From NCBI RefSeq assembly GCF_001194135.2, contig NC_068989.1, positions 61,584,434-61,624,212 on the forward strand: a stretch of DNA of 39,779 nucleotides, written 5' to 3'. Within the stretch, counting starts at the first letter, position 1; each line of letters opens with the position of its first letter. Of the stretch, positions 10,930 to 23,480 are shown piece after piece. Made by a program: the position numbers and the translations under genes. Below the pieces are notes generated by a model. It ran no database searches, had not been told where the DNA came from, and saw only the letters and a list, made by a program, of their open reading frames with translations. The DNA is from Octopus bimaculoides (Eukaryota).

Positions 10930-11025
10930 GTATATTGAAAAATAAATATATTTTGCATGGGATCCATTTGTAACTCCAAGGGTCAAAATCGGGCGTTTGT
11001 CTGAAATGGGTTGAGAACCTTTGAT
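10930..11025. mobile_element. Possible hAT (Charlie-like) MITE end
   Basis: GGGTTGAGAACCTTTG (~11008-11023) resembles the reverse complement of the hAT-type TIR CAGTGGTTCTCAACC; matching other end not found. Confidence 0.3.
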
Positions 11026-11092
11026 TTAAAGGAATGCTAGTGTGTGTGCAAAATAATTGATATAAACGGCTTGGGGCAATGTGATAGAGAAT

Positions 11093-11170
<78 letters not shown>
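11093..11170. repeat. (CA)n microsatellite
   Basis: Direct reading. Confidence 0.95.
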
Positions 11171-11172
<2 letters not shown>

Positions 11173-11951
11173 ATGTATGTATATATAAAGCAAGAAAGAG
11201 AGAGAAAACACGTTGTAGGGATCAAATTTGAACTCATACTCCGAAGTCCTTAGCGTGGATTGAGTCCGCAGAGTAATGTATGGCTATAAGAGAGATCCAG
11301 GTGAGGTGGTAAAGAGATAGTGAGGTAGATAAACATGCTTGGGATTGATATATAAAATGTACATACGTATACGCATGTAAATACATCAGGAAGATCGGAA
11401 ATGCGTAATGTTCTAATGTCCATAATGTTCATAATAGGCAGATGGTGTCTACACAAACATAGAGATGTGCAACCAGTACTTGATGCATATAAGCATTATC
11501 GTAAAATAAACATTACCGTTATCAGGGTACAAAGATCGGTAGCAGAAACAGTCTCCACTTAGCTGTCTTTTGTTTTCTAAGTTTTCTTTACATACGCTAT
11601 ATGTGTACACCCCCACAAACATGTATTTATATATATATATATATATGTATGCATATATGTATGCATGTATATATATATATATAGGTATATATATATATAN
11701 NNNNNNNNNNNNNNNNNNNNNNNNNNNNNNNNNNNNNNNNNNNNNNNNNNNNNNNNNNNNNNNNNNNNNNNNNNNNNNNNNNNNNNNNNNNNNNNNNNNN
11801 NNNNNNNNNNNNNNNNNNNNNNNNNNNNNNNNNNNNNNNNNNNNNNNNNNNNNNNNNNNNNNNNNNNNNNNNNNNNNNNNNNNNNNNNNNNNNNNNNNNN
11901 NNNNNNNNNNNNNNNNNNNNNNNNNNNNNNNNNNNNNNNNNNNNNNNNNNN

Positions 11952-12001
<50 letters not shown>

Positions 12002-13063
12002 GTATATATGTTGCAAGTCGAAGAACCCTCCTCATTTTCATGGCCAATTAAATTGTAGCAATCTATCGGTAAACGTTTACAGTACACGAAATTTTTCAAG
12101 CACAATCCTTACATTTTAATTAGATCCCTTTCTCCCTCTTTGTCTCCCTCTTTATCTCATTCTTTATCCCTCGACTATCCCATTCATTCTCTCTTATTCT
12201 CTCCCTCTCTTAGACTATATCCCTTTCTCTCTCCCTTCTCCCATTATGTCCCTCTCTCCCGACTCTCTGTCTGTCTGTTCATCCATCCGTCTATCTGTGT
12301 GTCTGTATGTGTGTCTGTCTGTGCGTGTGTGTCTGTGTGTCTGTGTGTCTGTGTGTCTTTTTGTATGTCTGTCTTTCTGTCTGTCTATGTGTATGTCTGT
12401 CTGCCTGTCTCTGCGTGTCTCTCTCTCTTGAATTTCTATCACTAATTAAACAATCGATCTTTTCATTTACTCTTATAAATACAACACATTTTAAACAATT
12501 CCTGTGAAAGAGAGAGAGGGGGAGAAAAAGAAAGGGAGAGATAGAAATATGAAGCGAGGAAAAAAATTAACTCTCCTAACGAAGTGTATGCTATAGGGGA
12601 AGTAATTCAAATTTTTTATTTATAGAGTTATTTCCCTTGACGGTTAAATATTTTTACATATTTTAAAGAATTCAGAGATTACTGAATCGTCGCGCCTGAT
12701 TCACCATTTCTAAAGATGCATAAACGAAATGTGAGAGCCTGTGTGTCATTCTTCAGCCAGCAAGAAAAGGCAGCTAAATCGCCCTCGGACCAAGCTCTAC
12801 AGTCTTGTAAAGTGATTGGCTCATTGTTTCAGGTAGTCAGATATACGCCCCCTGAGATTGAAAATTGCATTTTAACAGCGTAGTTAAGGGAAAAAGAACA
12901 AAAACAACTGCAGCAGCAGTAGCAGGAACAGCAGCAGCATCAACAACAGCAATAACATCAAGAACAATATCCGCCAGATACACTTTACCAATAATTGTGT
13001 AGTAAATATTCTCGTGTGCATTTCTTATCTGAAACACCGTCTACACCTGCGCAAAGCATTCTC

Positions 13064-13125
<62 letters not shown>

Positions 13126-13161
13126 AATAATAATAATAATAATAATGATGATAATATTAAC

Positions 13162-13223
<62 letters not shown>

Positions 13224-13245
13224 TAATAATAATAATAATGACGAT
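13064..13245. repeat. Compound (ATG)n(ATA)n trinucleotide microsatellite
   Basis: Direct reading; source of the poly-M/poly-I and poly-L/poly-S pseudo-ORFs. Confidence 0.95.
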
Positions 13246-14104
13246 AAAATTCTCATGTAACTGACTTCACTGGTACGTACTTATTGATTAAGTTCATTTC
13301 AACGCAAACAATAATCATCAGCTAATTATCAATTAGTACTAAAACAATTTTAGTGTAAACGCATATGATATAGCAATTAGGATTTTCAAAGAAAGTTTTT
13401 AAATGTTCATTTGCATTTGCTGTAGGTCATCCAATTAGAAAATGGGGGCGCTGTATCTTATATTATTCACTTTACTCGACTTGTTACTGATTGAGCCAGG
13501 ATTAATGGAGCCCAGAGGTGACTGAGCCAAGAGCAAAATCGCTACTGGAATTTAAACCAAAATGTCGGTTCCATTTCTGAAGTGTAAGCGACGATGATAA
13601 CATGATAAAATATAATTACCGCGCGTAAAGTCGAAAGATCATTTAAGTAGGGCAGGTATTGTAATTAAGGGAAACAGTTCAGTTAGTATGGGCTGTGAAA
13701 TTAAAGAAAGTCATGTAGAAATTGGAATAAACTTTGTGAAGAAAAATCGATAGTTATACAATGTACATCTTTACATTGCAGGTACTTGTGTATAGTATTG
13801 AAGGCACAGTTTATATATATATTTATTAACCCCTACCTTGCTAAACGAAATCAAACACGAATCTGATACAGGATGTGATACAAAAGTAGAATATCTCTCT
13901 TAGACAAATTGCAGACAATGTCTTGAATTACCTGTCGTACTTGATTATATATAACACGGATTAAATCTTCTGAGGATTTTCAGGACTTAAATTCAAATAT
14001 ACGACGTAAGGCGACTTTGGAGCCTTGTTTTGTTCTTGTCTGTCTGTCTCTGTCTCTGTGCCTCTCTCTCTTTCCCTTCTATCTCTCTCTATTTATACAC
14101 ACAC

Positions 14105-14182
<78 letters not shown>

Positions 14183-14197
14183 ATATATATATATATA
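14105..14197. repeat. (CTAT)n(AT)n microsatellite
   Basis: Direct reading. Confidence 0.95.
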
Positions 14198-14458
14198 NNN
14201 NNNNNNNNNNNNNNNNNNNNNNNNNNNNNNNNNNNNNNNNNNNNNNNNNNNNNNNNNNNNNNNNNNNNNNNNNNNNNNNNNNNNNNNNNNNNNNNNNNNN
14301 NNNNNNNNNNNNNNNNNNAATTATATGTATTTCTTCTATCTTAATGAATAAAAATTCTTCAGATAGAATAAATGGGTTAATAGAAACCAACGTAGCAAAG
14401 AACACAAAATAACTGTGGTGTTGTTCCTGTTTTTAAGGCAGGAACTCCTTGAAAAATT

Positions 14459-14489
<31 letters not shown>

Positions 14490-14490
<1 letters not shown>

Positions 14491-16382
14491 TAGCTGATTG
14501 ATCCGGCGTTGCCCGGTTACTGCTGTTCTTATTCGGATTAGTAAACAATAAATATAAAGATATATTCTCATGATCATTTCAAAATATCTGTATCTTATTT
14601 TAAGATATCCAAATTGTAATGATCATAGAATTTCGAGCTGAAAATCTGTCAATGTTGAAGCACCTGAGGGTAAACATGTTCAAATGAATAAATTGTTGCA
14701 GCTTCCATCCAGCTCACGAGCAAGCAACATAGAGTTGGCCATGGAAGAAGCATGTAGTAGAGAGATCAAGTCCAACTACCTTCAGGGATTGAACCTGAGA
14801 TTTGTTAACTGGAATACCAAAACTTAGTTTGACTGGAAACTGAAGCGTCTTAAATTCAAACAGTTGTAAGTCATTTTCTCCTTTGTGACTACTTGTTATA
14901 ATTGTAGGACTGTAGGACATGGGACTTCATGGAAGTAACAATTAAGTGAGTTCCAATACGCAGGTGAGATGGTTCAAGATTCCTAAGCAGCATAAAGGGA
15001 GGACCCAGTTTTAGTGTCAAGTAATGCACCGACATCCCAGTGGGTTTAAACGTGTTCAGAAATTCAACAGCATATTGAATAACCTGATCTTGATCGACTG
15101 TCGTGAATTGATCAAAAAGTCATTTCTGGTGCATCTGTTAACTTTTTAAGAAATTCATGACTGAGTTTATCAAGCATTTCATTAGTTGGAGCTAGTATAG
15201 CTCTTTATCATAGCTAGTTTACATCAATCTAATTGACAGATAATTTAAGTAATACTTTATGTATAACATCCCTATAAGATAGTATTATTTGACTGCATAT
15301 AATTCCATCTAGCTGAAGTCTTGAGTTGAATTTTAATAATCTATTACCACTCTTAAGAAGCTCATATGATCACCTTGATGTTGCTTGTAATTTTTTTAGG
15401 TCTCCAAAGGTACGATTTTTTTGACCATGCATTGACCTCATCAGTTTTTGATTGCTTGGGGATAACTGAGGAAAATCTCCTGCAAGAACTGTTACTCCTC
15501 CCATGAGCGTGGTATTGTTTTTTTATTATGTCTTGGAGGGTACGGTCAAGTACATCTTGAGATCCACGATGTGACAGTGCAGTCATCCCAAACAATAAGG
15601 CAAGTTTGTTTGAGAACTGTTGCTTTTGCAGAATTTTTAGAAACGTTGCAGATTTGAGATTCTTTCATTGCAAGGTTTCGAGGGAGCTTGAACATTGAAT
15701 GAGCAATTCTACCTCGATTGAGGAGGGTAGCTGCAATACTAGAAGATGCAAGTTTGGAAGAAGGGGTTAAATTTAACTTCTTCCCATTTAGGATTGCGGG
15801 TGAAAGTGAGAGAAAGATCTGGTTTTCCATGTCCTGACATATGTCATAGCATCTTGTGATCGTTGGTATATATATATCGAGGACCACTTGTGAATGATGA
15901 TGGGAGGATTAGAATTTGCCCCATGTTTTGAATCTTACCATCTGTCCTCAGAGCATTTCGGACATGAAAATAATTTTTAGCCCTTAACATTTTTTGATTG
16001 TTATGAATGTAGAGGAGACGCTGACACTCAACTTTAGCATATATATATATATATCAATCAGGTATTGCTGAAATAGATCACGATGCGTGTGCAATTGATT
16101 TGATCGTTCTGGTCACAACATCATTCGGTAAGAATAGAAGTCATTTGACGACACCATTTTGTTTGTAATTAGCTCTCCTGTTGCAGGTTCAATGTGTGGA
16201 ATATTGAAATGATATCCATCCTGCGTATTTCACAAAATATGAGGATGCTGGAGAGTATCATAAAAGGGCTGAGTCTCTGAAACACGTTGAAGGTTGTTAT
16301 CTCGAATGAGAACATCCTGATTTTGATGGGGATCACCTACCATAAGGATGACTTCTTCAATAGATGTAGCTTCATTAAAACC
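14490..16382 (-). mobile_element. Helitron remnant (RepHel pseudogene) with intact-looking 3' terminus and large internal deletion
   Basis: Pre-Rep region YDTLQHP...DGYHFNIP, FYSYRMM...LFQQYLID(MY)AKVE.QRL, ILPSSFTSGPRY..QDAMTYV..HGKPDL..TFT.NPKW; PIF1-like helicase LASSSIAATLL.RGRIAHSMFKLP, LIVWDD, LDRTLQDI, QFPVKLSFGIPVNKSQVQSL...HGQLYVACS. 3' hairpin CCGG-GCAACG-CCGG followed by CTAA|T (fits CTRR, inserted before T). Confidence 0.93.
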
Positions 16383-17049
16383 GAGTAAAATGTCATTTAC
16401 TATAATTTACTATAGACGTAACGAACGTAGAAACACATTCACACTCACACACACACACACACACACACAGAATTGATAATATTGAAAACAGCAACATGTA
16501 CACACACGAAGTTCAAACGAAACGAAATGTAGTCGATATAGGTGCACAACATACTTTCTTTAGTATAGTTATGGTATAAATTCTTTTGTTAGGGTATATT
16601 TCGGAAAGAAATGTTCCAGCGTCTGAAATTCACCAGCTTAGCAAAAATAATCGGTCAATGTTTAACACCCTGCCACCCAAAAAAAAAACAAAAAAAAAAA
16701 CAAAAAACAAAAAAAAACAAGTGTAATAGGTGTGAAAAGATGTGTTAAACGAATATGAAACCAAAAATTTGCGCCAACGAACCGGGGCGCGGGGAGAGGA
16801 AAATTCACAAGATCCGATGTTTTCCCTCATAACTTTTAGGAAAACGGAAATACATTTCAAACGGCATACATTATGATTATGAAGAAATTCGTGGGGGAAA
16901 ATTTTCCCGAGGGTATAGAGAGAGAACATGAGGACTTTCGAAGAGAAAGAAATTCAAAAATTATTTCTTGTTGAGTTTAAAGGAAATAAGGGAAAGCCTT
17001 CCTTTTGTAAAACCACCACTCAGAGAAAAGAAAAAAAAAATGTTACGCA

Positions 17050-17145
17050 TGGTGGAAAACTAATTTCCTACTATGTCATATAAAAATAATGATGAGAAAG
17101 TCCCAATCGTCATGTGCTAAAAACAACAGCTAAATCGCCCTTAAC
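17050..17145 (+). mobile_element. Short dispersed repeat (possible SINE fragment), related copy at 12720-12830
   Basis: Shared CAGCTAAATCGCCCT core preceded by GTCAT...GC.A..AA at both sites; family not identified. Confidence 0.4.
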
Positions 17146-18039
17146 TTTTTTTTTTTCAATTGTGAAAATTTGTTTCTCTCACCATGACACATGGGATCTT
17201 CTTTTTAATTCAGTTTTTTAATTTCTGTCTCAGAAATATTTTCTCTGTTAAGAGGTTATGGTTTAGTTTATAGAAAATGTAATATTTAGTATTCCGGGAA
17301 GTTTGTCGAAATGACCTACTCAGCATCTGACAAATATATTACGACAAATTGTTAAACATAATTGAATTCACATATCCATTTTATTCCTTAGTTTCAAGCT
17401 GATCTCTGGTGGTTTAATCGTCGGTTTATTGTATAGGAGTTGAAAATATCCGATTTTCTATCATATAAATAACACAAAGGCAAAATTTGCACTTTCATTT
17501 TTGTTACACATCGAAGTATTTACTACTATTGCATGTCATCGAATTATAATGATGTTTGTTAAAAGTCCTGTAGGTTTCTGTGTAGTTTAAAACAAAACAT
17601 GCTTCACTAAACGTTATAGCACTTGATATCTGGTTATAATTATAATGAAAGAAACAATTGCGTCCCTTGTACGAAAACAACACAAGCATAGGAAATACGC
17701 ATATATACGTTACTGATAGAGCCATGGGAAATAACTCTTAGTTACTTGTTTCCCTTTAATTATATATATATGCCCGATAGACATCTGTGTATTTCTATAT
17801 ATGATCCATATAATCGTCTGAGTTTCCACTTAACGATCATCATGACAGCGACCAACTTGGAGCAAAGCATTCTCAGCTAAATTTTCTACCTTTCATTGCC
17901 GTCTTGCCTTTTTATTAAAGCGTCTCTAATTGATCGAAATATATATGTATGCATGCTTGCATGTATGCCTGCATGTATGACTGTATGTATGTATGTATGT
18001 ATGTATAAAATGATTGGATAAATGTGGGGTGGGGGACGA

Positions 18040-18240
18040 ATGCATATGCGTCCTTTGTCCCTGTATCCCTACCACCACTTCACAATCGGTATGAATTTCA
18101 TTACGTCTTATGTAATTTGACAGTTCAGGAAAAGAGGCCGATGCAATAAGTATTAGAATTAGTACGGGGGTCGATTTGTTCCTCTACACTCTTGAAAGCA
18201 GTGCTCCAGGAATAGCTGCAGTCTAATAACTGAAAATGTG
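18040..18240 (+). mobile_element. SINE family 1, 3' half, diverged
   Basis: AAAAGAGGCCGATGCAATAAGTA...GGGGTCGATTTG...GTGCTCCAG...GCAGTCTAATAACTGAAA homologous to 7830-8030. Confidence 0.65.
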
Positions 18241-18321
18241 AAAGATGCAAAAATATGTGTGTACGTTCGTTTATGTATGTTCGTATGTATGTATGTATGC
18301 ATGTGTGCCTCTGTGTGTCTC

Positions 18322-18382
18322 TCTCTCTATATATATATACATAGAGAGAGAGAGAAAGAGAGAGAGAAAGAGAAAGAGAGAG

Positions 18383-18452
<70 letters not shown>
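18322..18452. repeat. (CT)/(AT)/(GA)n compound microsatellite
   Basis: Direct reading. Confidence 0.95.
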
Positions 18453-18458
<6 letters not shown>

Positions 18459-19044
18459 TGAAGCAAAAGCAATCTTTATATCCAACTTGAACTGCAGAAT
18501 AATGCATTTTTTTAAAATTTAGAGATGATCTTTCATATGGATTTGTGGCGCATAAAGGCATTCGCATTTATATCGTTGACAGACGAGAACCGACTGATAC
18601 GGCTGAGAGAAGTGCCAGATCACACAATTTCGCTCTATCTGCGTTCCTCTAGCAGATATCCGTTAGTGACAGAATAAGTCCTCTGGCTCTTTGCGACATC
18701 AGTAACTGAATGCATTCTGAAATTCTTTATATAGTTGTCAGAAAAGATTCGACTGACTATGCTAGACTGGCACCGACGAGGCCAGGCAGGATGAAATCCG
18801 TAGTGGAAGTTTCTTATCTATCAACGATATTAATACGAGTGCTTTCATGCACCAAGAATCCATATGAGTGGTCTCTCACAGTATATGACTCAATATTCTG
18901 TTTTAACAAAATAATCCACGCTACACTGGATATGAAGATTGCTTTTCGGTATTAATACTACTTCTGGCTCTATTAATAAATACGTGTGTATGTCTGCACG
19001 TGCGTGTGTGTATGTGAGTGTGTGCGTGCGCGGGTATATATATT

Positions 19045-19106
<62 letters not shown>

Positions 19107-19268
19107 CAATTAAACCTTGGGAGAGGCATTATGCCAGTAATAAACACACGCACTGATTCAGTCCTTTATTAATTTATATAGTTTTTGTTAAATTATTTCA
19201 TTGCACTCATATATATNNNNNNNNNNGTGTGTTTGTGTGTGTGTACGGTATGTATGTATATATGTGTT

Positions 19269-19305
<37 letters not shown>

Positions 19306-19306
<1 letters not shown>

Positions 19307-19650
19307 GAATCAGCTGGCATTCCTGGACGTATTAATAATACGCACCAAGTATGGATTCAGGACATCCGTATACCACAAGCCGACCTTTACTGGACGATAC
19401 TTCAACTTCAGTTCCCACCTTCCATACAGTGTAAAGAGAAGAATTGCTCAGTGCCTAAAACATCGAGCAAAGAATATAAGTAGCGATCATGATACACACC
19501 ACGAAGAAATGATGAAGCTCAATAACGATCTGTTAAGCAACAATTACCCCAAAAGTATGCCATCCACTCCAATTATGAAGAAGAGAGAGGATGAGGCCAA
19601 TAAACTGTCCACAGTCTGTCTTCTTGAAAAGATATGCAGTCCCGTATCGA
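19306..19650 (+). mobile_element. Penelope-like RT C-terminal/thumb fragment
   Basis: LAFLDVLIIRTKYGFRTSVYHKPTFTGRYFNFSSHLPYSVK...NNYPKS: the L.FLDV / VY.KPT.T..Y.NF.S.HP / N.YP signature of PLE RTs. The ORF's N-terminal extension is only (GT)n and Ns. Confidence 0.88.
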
Positions 19651-20659
19651 AATCCCGGCGACAACATGCTTTCTACCTACTGGAAGAAAAGAAAAAGCAG
19701 CTGACTTAAACGCACTTTGCAGAAAATCCATATTGCATCTCCATTTTCCCCGGCCCTATGCCTGAGCTTCACTCAATGCTGCTCATACAGATATCTAACT
19801 GACATGCGGATCAACATCGCTGAAACTTTGAAAGTCCAGAAGCGACAATATTTTCGGTAGCCACGCATACACTTCTCCATGCGTCAGGTAGTTCAAATCC
19901 TTCATCTTGCAACAGCTAGAAACGGACTCTTTTGCAAATAGAATTTTAGACTCTGAAGAACTCTTTCTTCGCATAAACCTCATCTTTTCTTGCATTTCAG
20001 TACCAGATCACAGGCAACGAACACTCGAACTATTCAAGTTTGTTATTCTAATTTTCCTTCATTGTTTACTTTTTATTTTCTTCTCTTAACAGTAATGTCC
20101 GCCCTGCAAACATTTATTTGTTTACGTGATTGCGCGTTTGTACGCCCACAACCCAATTATGTTCAAATTTAATGCAGCGTTCATTCCACGAAGTCAAATA
20201 ATTCACGCGCATGCATACTGTTACGATGTCTCCTTCTCCCAAGCCGCTTGCATGGCATATCTTCCATACACACGTATTGCACATTATTTTCTTTTGCCTG
20301 CTTCCCGCTGCACGTTTTCTCATAAATATTTGCAGTTTTCACAGGTTAATTAATAAGCTTTGCTGCACTATTCAATATTTTTCTTTAAAAAAAAATATCA
20401 GTGTTCTTACACACGTACACACATCCATCCATCCATCCATCCATCCATCCATCCATCCGTACATATGTACATTCAGTTACACACGCATCTCAATATATGT
20501 GCTTTCATTGGCTTGTTTCCCATGTTTGTGCTTATTCACAACTCAACGCATGTCGAATGTCTTGTCGAGATATGGAACACGGACCACACTTTCTGCGGCC
20601 TCGCTCCCAGAAACCCCACACTTACCTCTATAAGACCCCACTTTGGTCACGGTATATAA

Positions 20660-21020
20660 AGAAATATTTTACCTGTCTCAAAGTGCCAGCGCGTTTCTTA
20701 CAATTTATCGTCCTACGGACATACCTACTACAACTGCACATGGCCACAACGCCAGACAATCTAGACCTTTGAATTTATCACAGAATGAACATTTCCGTCA
20801 GACATTTTCTCTTCGCACCATGGATTGAGAATGACCCTCTTACCTCAGTTCCTTTCGCTGAATGTCCGCAGTTGTACCGTTTTCTCGCACAACTATAAGA
20901 AATCCGTTGTTGAATCATGTGTACGCTCTCTTAACCCTGTCACGAAGCCGATGCACACGAAACCCAGACTGCACCCTTTGCAAACAAAGTGGCATTGCAT
21001 ACTATTCAAACCCACTCGAA
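20660..21020 (+). mobile_element. Possible decayed gag-like ORF1 (CCHC zinc knuckles) of a non-LTR element
   Basis: SYNLSSYGHTYYNC has CX2CX4HX4C spacing with the first two Cys lost; CTLCKQSGIAYYSNP downstream resembles another knuckle; stops and frameshifts between. Confidence 0.3.
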
Positions 21021-21884
21021 TAAATACCTGTCCTGTATATATCACCTCAGATTCCCTCTCCTCATATCTATTGGTTTTTTTCCGGCCCTGCATGACATCC
21101 ACCTGTATTCTATATACCTGACATTCACAATTCAGAATGCTGTTTTGGTTTTGCATAATGCACATTTCTACAACTTTACTATTCGTTTTTTTAAAACTCC
21201 TATATGGGGTGGACATGTTATTAATAACTTCCTAGATTTTAAACCAGAATACTAAACCGAGTCTACATTTCTCTTCCTATTGTTCTCAACATTTTCTTGG
21301 AAATTTACGAGAGTCCACTGTCACATTTAGTTAAGTTCTATTGTTTGTTAAATATGGTTCAGGGAAATATGAAACGAAAAATAATTTGTCTGACCTCACC
21401 TAATTTACTCATTTGGTGCCAAGCCAAAGAACATGTATTTTCTACCTTCACTTATGGATTGTCATCACGTGACAATACAACTTTCAGTCTATCTACTTGT
21501 TAGTCCAGGAAAGTAGGCTCTTTCTCTCAGTCCTTTTTTTTCCATCCGTTCTTCTAACAGTCACACAAAGATGAAGTTAACTACTCGCGGACCGGATAAC
21601 AGAACGGCCAATTATCAATGTGTAACGACTCGAAGAAGCTATATACTTTAGATTGTGGCGGTTGAAGACCGACTTCAATACATAGTATTATTTTGTCTCG
21701 TTTATTTGCTACATATAAATCATTGCATATGTACATTTATACTCATGCGCGCGCGCGTGTGTAAACTCATCTTATTCCTGTTTCTACTTAAAACTTATAC
21801 TAGCTGTTTCCTAGGTGTCCCATAACCATCATTTTGGGGATAACATTTTGTTGATATGTAATTATTATCACTAAAAAAAAAATA

Positions 21885-23155
21885 CTGGTGTGTTAGTCTT
21901 GAAGAGAAGCAAAATCAAATGTATGGACGGAATAACGATACCGTCGCAGGAGGTTATGAAGCTGATAGAAGAGACGGGCTATAAGTACTTGGGGATTTTG
22001 GAAATGGATAAATTAATGGAGAAAGAAATGACAGAAAAATTTAAGGTGGAGTACTTGCGCAGACTGAGACTGATCCTTAAGTCGAAATTAAGTGGACGGA
22101 ATAAGATCGAAGCTATCAACACCTGGGCGGTTTCACTCCTTAGATATGGAGCAGATGTAATCGCACGGACAGTAGACCAACTAAACAGCTTTGACAGGAA
22201 GACAAGGAAGTTGCTAACGAGATATGTGTCTCTCCACACAAAAAGTGACACAGACAGACTGTATGTACCAAGAAGAAGATGGAATGTGGATTTATTAGAT
22301 GCGAATACAGCATTAGAGCAGGAGACAACAGCATAGTATGGTATGTAAGAAATGCCCCAGAACCGCTATTATTAGATGTAAGAAGGTCAGGCTTGTGTAC
22401 GATGAAATATTGCAAAGATAATGCACTATACCAGAAATTGAAAACGAATGAAACTGAAAATAGGTGGGTAAAGAAAAGAATGCATGGTCAATTTCATAGG
22501 GGTATTGAAGATAAGACAGAGATAAAGATGGTTGTGGATGACTAAATGTGATGTAAAACTGGAAACGGAGGCTCTAATCTGTGCTGCCCAAGAGCAAGCA
22601 CTAAGAGCAAACTACATAAAATACAGAATAGACAACACATCAGAAAGGGATAAGTGCAGAATATGTGGACAAAAAGGTGAAACTGTATGGCATATTACCA
22701 GCCAATGTACGCCACTAGCCCAGAAGGAATATAGCAGACGCCACGACAATATAGCAAGGCATGTCCAGTGGACACTTTGCAACAAGTATGGACTTGACAG
22801 CAAAAAGTTGGTACGACCACAAACCTGAAGGCATCGTCGAAAATGAAAATGCAAAGATCATATGGGATTTTATGATTTAGTGCGACCATGTGATAGAGAA
22901 TAGGAAGCCGGACATAGCCTTAATTTAAAAAAGAAAACAAACTATGCTGGATCATAGATATAGCATTCCCAGCTGACAACAAGGTATGCGATAAGGAAGA
23001 AAGAAAATTCGATAGATAGGACTGGTTAGTTTGGGACGTTAAGCAGTTGTGGTCGATGGAAGAGCTAACAGTAGTACCAATAATTGTCGGAGCCCGAGGA
23101 GCAGTGAGCAAAAATCTCGAGAAGTACGTGGAACAAATAGGGGCTGCAATAAGTT
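21885..23155 (+). mobile_element. R4/Dong-type RLE non-LTR retrotransposon, truncated and pseudogenised (RT end + CCHC + restriction-like endonuclease)
   Basis: YKYLGILE (RT C-terminal motif), KIEAINTWAVSLLRYG, SDTDRLYVPR, MHGQF, ETEALICAAQEQAL, CRICGQKGETVWHITSQC (CX2CX8HX4C), RRHDNIA, RKPDI...IIDIAFP (PD-(D/E)xK-type), VVPIIVGARG. Confidence 0.9.
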
Positions 23156-23389
23156 AACCGGTACGGCTACTTTCTTGCATGCTTCGACAATCGTGAGCGT
23201 GTAAAATTGTTTCCGAAAATCGTGGCTCCCACGTTGCTTATATATTTTTAACAACTTGTCTATGTGTGGTTGGTATATTAATTTATAAAAGGTGACCAAA
23301 TTTATGTTGGAAATATAGTGGGTGATCTATCACCCATGACTGCCAATTATGTTTCACTAAAAGACTAGCCTCGACACCAATTTGTGTCA

Positions 23390-23480
23390 AAAGTACTTGC
23401 CCAAGGTGTCATGCAATGAGATAGAACATGGAATCGGCTGTATTTGATGTAAAATTCTTAACCGTTTAACCATGCTGATT
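23390..23480 (-). mobile_element. SINE family 1 head, diverged
   Basis: Reverse complement GCATGGTTAAACGGTTAAGAA...CATTGCATGACACCTTGGGCAAGTAC. Confidence 0.55.

Noticed and set aside
12995-13264. Poly-Met/poly-Ile and poly-Leu/poly-Ser ORFs
   Set aside because: Trinucleotide microsatellite translations.
19700-20010. GC-richer block after the PLE fragment with a 66-aa minus ORF
   Set aside because: All six frames inspected; no TE or host motif and no coherent splice pair. Left unclassified.
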